A DNA stretch of 64,000 bases, taken from assembly GCA_951406725.2 (NCBI GenBank), contig OX597825.1, positions 39,990,001 through 40,054,000 on the forward strand. The letters run 5' to 3'. Made by a program: the position numbers and the translations under genes. The notes under the pieces are model-generated. The model ran no database searches, was not told the DNA's origin, and was given only the letters and a program-made list of their open reading frames with translations. Positions within the stretch are counted from its first letter, which is position 1, and every line of letters starts with the position of its first letter. Below are positions 55,501 through 64,000 of this stretch, piece by piece. The DNA comes from Octopus vulgaris. Lineage: Eukaryota.

Positions 55501-56179
55501 AGAACATAATACATACATGAAAAAGTAGAGTGAAAGGAACCTATTTGGTACTTACTTACAGTGCATGGCCACTCTGAAATTGACTTCAAGAAACGAAAAA
55601 ATGAAATCATGAAGTATTTGACTTCTGTTCATGTTTGCTGCTTTGAATATTTAGCAGTTCGCAATGAAAATTTGTCGCGCTCGAAATATCATAAAAATGG
55701 GTAAATAAGTATCCATAAAGTGAAACAATACATTCGTAGGTAAACAAAGGTATCAACAAATAGAAGAGAGAGAAGGGAACGTAACATTTAAAGTAACTCA
55801 GAATAGGTAAAGATAAGTTTACCGAAGTTTAATATATTTTAAATATAGAGATTAAGATTGTTTGGTATTGGATATTCATCTCGTACAGTGTTTCCAGTCA
55901 ATTTATTCACCGTCGCAGGTGGATAGTCTAAATAAATACACAAAATCCTTTCACTTCTAAAATGTACTCTAACCAAATAATAATACACAATTACAACATA
56001 TAAATAAATGATAAATTAAAAAATATGAAAACCACTGGAAACAATTCTTTAATGCAAATATACGACCATATATATTTTAAAATGTATGGAAGAGTCTATT
56101 GACAAAAAAAAAAAGACTATGTGCATATAAAGAATTGGAGAAAAACTTGTAAGCTACCGTTTTACCAGGTTTGTTCATT

Positions 56180-56299
56180 TACACGGGAGCTCTGGGACAT
56201 AAGTAACGTGTGTTTAATGTTTGGTGAAGATCGGTTGCGAATTGTGGAAATGTAAACGTTAGTAAATATACACACATACTGTGATTTATATATATAAAG
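56180..56299 (-). mobile_element. Possible Helitron-like 5' fragment
   Basis: The minus strand CTTTATATATATAAA..TGTGTGT..CAACCGATCTTCACCAAAC parallels the 5' layout of the 3393 element. Confidence 0.35.
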
Positions 56300-56529
56300 C
56301 ATATGCATATATACATACATATATGTACATACCTACATCTATATGAATATATACATGCATATATGGGTACAGGACACCCAAAAAATTTGAACACAATGAA
56401 AAACGAAACATGGAAACGGACTTACTTTTCCAAACAACGATAAAACAGAGTACAAGACATACAACACAAGGAATATTCCCCTTCTTCAGTTTCCCGTGTA
56501 TCGGCTACTCCGCGTTTCGAAATATATAC

Positions 56530-56590
<61 letters not shown>

Positions 56591-57528
56591 CATTCATACA
56601 TATATACATGTGTAAGTGCGTGTGTATTTTTGGACATTTTACTATTTTATTCGACTCATTAGCATTGGACAATATTAAGCTATATTATATTTTTGAGTGG
56701 TTTCTAATTTGGTGAAGTTTGGGAGAGGCACAGGTTTCAATCCAACATTTTAAACCACCATCGAAACATTAAAAATTCCTTGTGATTTATAAACAAAATA
56801 ATTACTGAATATAATTTTCGAAGGTTAATCAGACTATAGTATATATAATTCGTAGTCTTTATGGGTCTTTTCATTCAATCTTAGTTCCCCTAGCATGTCA
56901 TTGTAAATTATTTTTTCTATAATCTATTTCATTGTAGATTGCACATTGTATTATTTTTATTATTCCGTCTGATTTGTATGTCAAACACACCCAGAAAGTA
57001 CTATTGTTGGCAAATTGTAGAAATGTTTCTCTATTATTCCTACTCATTTAAGCATTTCTAGCTTTCAACATCACAAAAATTTCAAGCAAGGAACCATTTA
57101 TAAAGTAACATTATTATGGAATACTAAAAAGAAGTTTACGCGCCTGATGACAAACCAGTCACTGCATTATGCATTAAATATGCTTATACTGTACATTGAT
57201 ATAAATTTCGATGTAGATTTCGAGTCTTCAAATGACTGTAGTATCTGACAAGTGTGCTATAATTGTTTTAAAAATGATATGCGTAATCATTCATGAAGGC
57301 ATTTATCACTTACAAAGAGAACTAGCAAAGTACTTTTATTTGTAACTGAAGGTTCAGTACTGTATGTAATTGAATAATTAATAAATATGATGCTATCGTG
57401 TCAATGAAGACATATCTTTCGGATTTAATTTACTAAAGTATTCATTTCTCTCACTGTGAATCGTTGTCTCTTTCTGTTAGTCTATTTATCTCCCTTCCCC
57501 AATCTTTCTCTGTCTGTCTGTATGCATG

Positions 57529-57568
<40 letters not shown>

Positions 57569-60500
57569 TCTGCTCACGAATTCCCCCGATATTTTTCTTC
57601 TGATACTGCATACCATTATGACAAAAAAGCTTATCGGTTATGTATTCTGATCGATACAATAAAATACATATTCACAAAATATATCGCTGTGCTTAATCGA
57701 TAAGCTAGAACATGATTAATCATTGTCAGTTTGGAAGGTGGGGTTAACGCACCGGCTCTCTAGATTGGCAAAGAGATATTGGTTAAAAAATATCAAAACA
57801 ATTCGCTAAAGAAAATCATTGATTGAAAGGGGGCAAATGTTAGTGTAATTTTGGAAGTGATATGCAGATGCATCTACCAATAGCCTGTTTGTTCTTTCTA
57901 TCTAAACTTTTTTTTAATAGATAGATTTTAGTATATGAATTGAAAACTATATTTCAAGTAAAATTCGCATTCATTAATATGAAAACATATTTGTACCTAA
58001 ATGTCAACATTTTCCTATCTTTGCGTGTATGTATGTATGATTGTCACAGCTTAATGGCAAGAAAGTATTTTCAATTATATGTTATAGAACTAAAAGTGAA
58101 ACTGTAAATAAAATCCCGGACTATTAAAGACGAAAAGCGAGAAAGAGAGAGAGAGAGAAAGGGAGAGGGAGAGAAAAACAGAGAGCTTGATTTTCATTGG
58201 GTTTATCTAAAATTGTATTAATATCACATTTATAGCTGTACGTATATATCTCAGTAATATATTAAACTGACTTTAGGGGATACACAAATATTTAAACCGT
58301 AACTGTATTCCTAAATTAAATATGCTACATATATGTGACAGATGCAGACATCTCTCATGCTTACTCTACAATCGTAACGTGGATGTTCCATGAGGGATCA
58401 AGTGGACGGTGTAGTGTTTTAGTTTTTATCCTTAATCAGTTATCGAACATATTGTATACTGTTAAAATTTATAAAAATCTACTATGATATCAAAATACTA
58501 AAGAAGCTGAAATCTAAATTTAGCATGGAAAAATAAACAATTATAATACCTTTTAATTTACGTGACTCCACCTACATTCACGTAAAAAGATAATACTCAA
58601 ATTAATTATAAGCGTATTTCGACTACCATTCCATTCTTCTTTTACTATTTATTGGAAGGTTGTTTAGTAAAAATGATACTAGTTTTCATGTTTCCAACTG
58701 TCATTCATTCAGCCTGATGAGGGAGACCGGTGCATTAAATATGAGAACCAAGACCATAACGATTGCCTCAAGTGTTTTAATCCGCGCAGTACATTAACGA
58801 TATAGTCACTTATTGGTAATCAATTTTGTTATTCAAAATACTTGAACAATCGCATACAGGCTACATATCTGGTTTAGAACATTTGTCGTCATTGTTAATG
58901 ACTTTATTGTAATTATTAGGTTAAGTTGAGAATACTGCCTATCCACTTCTTATGTCAACTTTATGTCAACTTACTGTGAAAAACAATTGCGATTTCGTCA
59001 AGTTAATGATACTTTTGAAGTGCATGGGGCAATGTACATGACTTATTCTTTGCATAATATCAGAAATTATCTACATAGGAATACGTGATAGATGAATATT
59101 TTACAAGCAGGGATCATTTCTCTTCCATAACACAGATACTCATGGTGTGATTTTAAATAACATACTAGTCCATCATATAATATGTGCATTAGAATATTAA
59201 TAATAAGTGTCAGATTGATTTCAGTGACAAGTTTGCAATTTGTGAATGACGTGAAGAGAGACAGGAACAAACTAGAAATAATAACAATAACTTTACAATA
59301 ATTCTTTATGTGTGGATAACTCAGACTGTTAATCTACTGTTGGAAATCAATTAGTTTGTGAATCTATATGCAGATAACCGATGATATATATGAGATATAC
59401 ATAGCTAAAATTGGAAAGTGAGTAAATAATAGTTTAAAAAATATAATACAAGCGAAACATTTTAATGTCTTATCATTCTCGATCAGCTTTCAACAAACCA
59501 TTCTTATCTATGCAGATCACTGAAAATAATGTTTCCTTCATTCTACCCCCATTCTCTCTTTTTATTTGAATCTCTGCATTCCACTTTCTCCATTAATTTC
59601 TTTGCGTATCTCGCTTTAAACAAAACGAGTAAATTACTTTTGATCGTTACTTATATTGTTCCAGTATTTACGAAATCTAAAACTTAATGGCTTTCACATT
59701 TTTGAAGTAGATATACTATCATGATAACATCATGGAGTATTTAAAAGGTTGTTTATAAAGTAACCTCTAATATTACGCATAGATTTAAATTGCTCTAAAT
59801 CTTGTTCAGTAAAATATATGTGTGAAAGAAAAACCATCAGCTAATTGCTAAATATTTTATGTTATTATCCAGACCCAAGTCTAGAAAGTTTTAGGCGGCA
59901 TGTGATGACTTAAATGCCTAAACGGAACAACCAGACTTCCTCACAGTTAATCCATCTGTTTTCTAGTCCGCATCTAGCTATTGCGCATCTATTACCAATA
60001 ATTGCTGTGAGCACATTACGTTTTATAAGCAATGTGTATTGGCATTCATTTGTACAAAATATTAGTTTTATTATTACGTGTGTTGATATATCCATGGTCT
60101 TGTTAGAAAATATCAGTCAAAATTCCCTGTCAAGAATGTCCATGCTAATGCCAGTTGTAACTAAAACTTTTGTTCTCTACTTACCAACGACGTCGCAATG
60201 TCTGAACATTGACAATCGATAATAGCCAATGTTCTTATTTGTAGACGATAGCAGCATATACTTACTGTGTGTATGAAAGTGCGTAAGGCGCATAACGATT
60301 AACTGTACTTTCGTTTCCGATGAGACTGTTGTGTCTATCTCGTCCGAGGAGGTAAAAATTACACATTTTCATAGACCGCACTTGAGTCATTAATCTAATC
60401 TTGAGTAACATGTTTCGTGCAATCTTTAATATAATAATGCAATCTAAAATTTGTAAATGTATATTTTGTGTAAAGCTCGACTGGGAGATTTCTAAATTCA

Positions 60501-60699
60501 TAACTGTCATATATTTCGTAGTCTTATGTTCTAAGTGGACAAGCTCCAAATTTGAGATTGAGAAATTAAGTTACGATATTTTTGTTGAAGCACCAAGTTA
60601 TATAAACAAACATGTATCATATAGGGAGTTGTCATTGTTGTATATTCTATTTAATTTAGCTATTAGACTGAAGCCATGCAGAAGCACGACTCTGAAAAT

Positions 60700-60825
60700 A
60701 TTTTAGTCGAATGCTTCAACCCCACAGTATTTCTTTAAGACTGGTGCATATTCCATCTGTCATTTTGGCTGCACCACTAAGTTGCGAGGGCGTAAACACA
60801 CACCGAAGATGGTTATGAAGCAATA
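60700..60825 (-). mobile_element. Old SINE fragment
   Basis: Resembles the reverse complement of 4995-5115. Confidence 0.45.
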
Positions 60826-60860
60826 TCATATATATATATATTTATTTATTTATTAATACA

Positions 60861-61027
60861 TTATCAAAAAGCGACTAAAATATCACAAAAACAGTTACTG
60901 AGAGTTTCACGTTTCCGTTCGACGGACAGCTTTGTTTAGAACATAACATTATAAACAAAATTGTCCGACGACGGGTATGTGAAACTCTGAGTAACACATT
61001 TTGTCATATTTTTGCTGCTTTTTAATA
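60861..61027. mobile_element. Palindromic element with variant hammerhead-like motifs in both arms
   Basis: Arms 60861-60935 and 60954-61027. Plus strand: tgt-CCGACGA-cgggtatgt-GAAA-ctctgag-TA-aca. Minus strand: tgt-CCGTCGA-acg gaaa cgt-GAAA-ctctcag-TA-act. Confidence 0.7.
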
Positions 61028-61789
61028 AAGTATATTACTCTACCTCTGGTATTCGAGTACTATATTTTCCACCTTGTTGCGCATGTATGTGCTCACCCTG
61101 GTATATATATTTATATATATATGTGTGTGTGTGTATTTATATATGTGTATGTATATGTTCATATATATGTATATATGTATCATGCTTGTTGAGTGTATGT
61201 GTGTTTGTAAATACACACTACACACGTATAAATGTGTAAGTGTGTATGTACGTACAATACAAATAAAATCGAAAAACAAGAAGAAAAGTTAATAAAATAC
61301 AAAGTAGTCATCGTCTTATCTAGAGCTAAGATTGCATATATCCTATAAGACATATTTAGATAAATTATGGTTATACTGGAAACAAACTGATGTATTAGAT
61401 ATTTAAGAAAGAAATAAAATATTGTGTTTTGTCAAAAAGTATCAAGGTTCCAGTATGACAAATGTAATAGGATAATGAGATATATAAATGGCAGAAGGAA
61501 ATTTGAGAGCTGATTTGGCATGCGCTCAGATAACCTGCATTTACATTTCAAGATTTATGTAAGCATTAGATTCACTACTCTACTAATAGACCTTGGAATG
61601 GCGTGGAAGAAAGTGTCTGGTTTAGGTGGGATGGATGCGGATATGCCAGCGTTTAATCGCGGTTTTGACAAATTTATAGATTCTTAACTCTGCAATAACT
61701 CATGAACGATATCGAAATATAAACGAACAGCAATGTAAAAGAGGAAAATAAATCAAATCAAATGACTAACAAATCCCCAACAAGGATCA

Positions 61790-61833
61790 AGTGATGATGA
61801 TGATGACCATCATTATCATGATCATCACAAAAC

Positions 61834-61910
<77 letters not shown>

Positions 61911-61974
61911 GTAATAGCGATTGCTACTAATACTAATGCCGCTACCGATGCTGCTCTTGTTGCTGCTAATGGTA

Positions 61975-62011
<37 letters not shown>

Positions 62012-62028
62012 TGATGATGATGATGATG

Positions 62029-62092
<64 letters not shown>

Positions 62093-62127
62093 CAAACACA
62101 TCAATAAAAATAATAACAATAATAATA

Positions 62128-62170
<43 letters not shown>
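61790..62170. repeat. Compound (GAT)n/(AAT)n/(GCT)n microsatellite
   Basis: Directly visible. Confidence 0.9.
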
Positions 62171-62171
<1 letters not shown>

Positions 62172-63058
62172 AACAAAATGGATGTGCTACACCGTGCTCT
62201 CCATTCATAAATAAATCTAATCTAATAACATCGGCGGAATGGAATAAAGAATCCTGTGGAAGATTTGAAAGAGAAGGTATCTTAACGAAACTAATCATGA
62301 AAAGGAAATTTTACAACCATACAAAGTACACTGTCTCTTATGCACGATGTCTCAGTGAAACATGTGCGAAACACGCGAAATCAATAGCAGAAAGTTTACA
62401 AATTATAAAATAGAAATGGAACAAAATAGTAAGTACATAAAGTGAGCAATTACGCATACACTCGAATGTCTATACAATCATGTGTGCGTTTTAATACCCA
62501 TAGGATAAAACATACATCGCAATGATTACACAACTGCGTGAAATTTACAGGACACACATACACCTGTTGAAAACACGAGTAGCAAACGAAACAAATACAG
62601 AGAACAAAACAAAATAATTTTTTTTATTTTGGGACACAGACAGAGTGAAGAAGTCGTATGTTACCCCCCCCCCAAAAAAAAAAAAAAAACTATGCTCGGA
62701 TATAAAACTATCGACAACAAAAAATAAAACAGCCATTTCTCTCTGTGCGGTCATACAAAAGAACATTCAGTAAATATTAAAACTGTACTATCTACAACTC
62801 ATTTTCTTTCCTTTTGATTCTCTCTGAGTAATCGAAAATGTAAACATCCTTTTCATTGCAAAATTGCTCCTGTATTCTCCAACTGGACAGACAAACAAAC
62901 ATCTCAAGAAAGTTTAAAAACTTGAATATATTAACCAAATACGTAAACACAACATTTATTGCAAAAACACAATTGTATTCACGTCGATATTTGAATTTCT
63001 GAATTTATATACTGATATTCACGTCGATGAATTTTTGATTTCTGAATACAATTGTGTA

Positions 63059-63323
63059 AAAGGACAGGCAACAGTTTGCTTTGCCGCATACCGAAAGAAT
63101 TAGAAATAGCAGTCAGGAGGAGTAAATAAACGAAAATAATGCCTTACCGTTAATGGCGGTAAGGCATTGTTTTCGTTTATTTACTCCTCCTGTTTTGCAT
63201 ATGTGAATTGCAGGGTTATGTCGTATATGGAGCCCCCACTTGTAGAAAATGTAAATAAACAGTATCTGACTGCTATTTCTAATTATTTCAGTATGCGGCA
63301 AAACAACCTGTTGCCTGCCCTTT
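63059..63323. mobile_element. Tc1/mariner-type MITE (about 58-bp TIRs, TA TSD) with an internal 79-bp hairpin
   Basis: TA|AAAGGACAGGCAACAG...CTGTTGCCTGCCCTTT|TA, with an internal palindrome at 63114-63192. Confidence 0.85.
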
Positions 63324-63447
63324 TATTTATATACTATATAAACTGAACTCCACAGATTTTCCCGCCGCTAAAGGTCATATTTACATACCGAAATCTACCG
63401 GTAAATAATTGTTGGTTGTCCGAAAAACCATCGAAAATAATATTTAC

Positions 63448-63485
<38 letters not shown>

Positions 63486-63799
63486 ATAAATAGATAGATT
63501 ATTGTTTTTCTCCCAGTAATTACAAATACAACAAGTTTTCAAAGCAGCGCTCTCATTGGTCACTGGTAGTGTTAAACACATTCGACCTCTGCTGACCCAA
63601 AGGATGCGAAGTTTTTTGACACTAAGGTTCACCAACGCACCATCTGCAGAATCTATTTATAGACCTGTAGAATATGATCTATTCACCAAGTTGCTACCAA
63701 AATATTTCCTTCAACAAATGCATATTAATGATTATCTCAAGTACAAGACAAAGGTTGAAAATAAAGAACATTTAGTAAAATCTTTTAATAATAAATGGA

Positions 63800-63996
<197 letters not shown>

Positions 63997-64000
63997 TATT

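Noticed and set aside
56465-56522. Minus-strand GAAACGCG...CTGAAGA
   Set aside because: The core halves are in permuted order and I could not find supporting stems. The sequence is truncated by (TA)n.
57141-58760. Isolated CTGATGA at about 57144 and 58714
   Set aside because: There is no downstream GAAA with closing stem II, so these are expected by chance.

Overview
AT-rich, microsatellite-dense eukaryotic DNA that is almost all transposable-element remains. From the repeat style I infer an invertebrate, most likely an octopus-like cephalopod. I see no prokaryotic-type genes, CRISPR arrays, rRNA or true tRNA genes, and most listed ORFs are simple-repeat artefacts. Supported content: (i) a roughly 9.6-kb nested cluster at 37.8-47.45 kb built on one (TAA/TTA)n tract. 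It holds a 5'-truncated R4/Dong-type RLE LINE whose ORF is restored exactly by removing a 375-bp non-autonomous Helitron, a decayed full-length two-ORF Tx1/L1-clade LINE in the opposite orientation, an inverted pair of minimal tRNA-derived SINEs and a further LINE tail. (ii) Two more TAA-tract clusters of LINE/retroposon 3' ends at 13.4-15.6 kb and 19.8-21.8 kb. (iii) Six Penelope-like (RT/GIY-YIG) remnants, plus several non-coding elements bounded by inverted copies of their own end, many carrying outward-pointing minimal type-I hammerhead ribozyme motifs. (iv) Mariner, Chapaev-like and MITE DNA transposon remnants, and SINEs. (v) One plausible host exon at 34136-34241 encoding a signal peptide. 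Boundaries of decayed elements are approximate, and identities were judged by eye.
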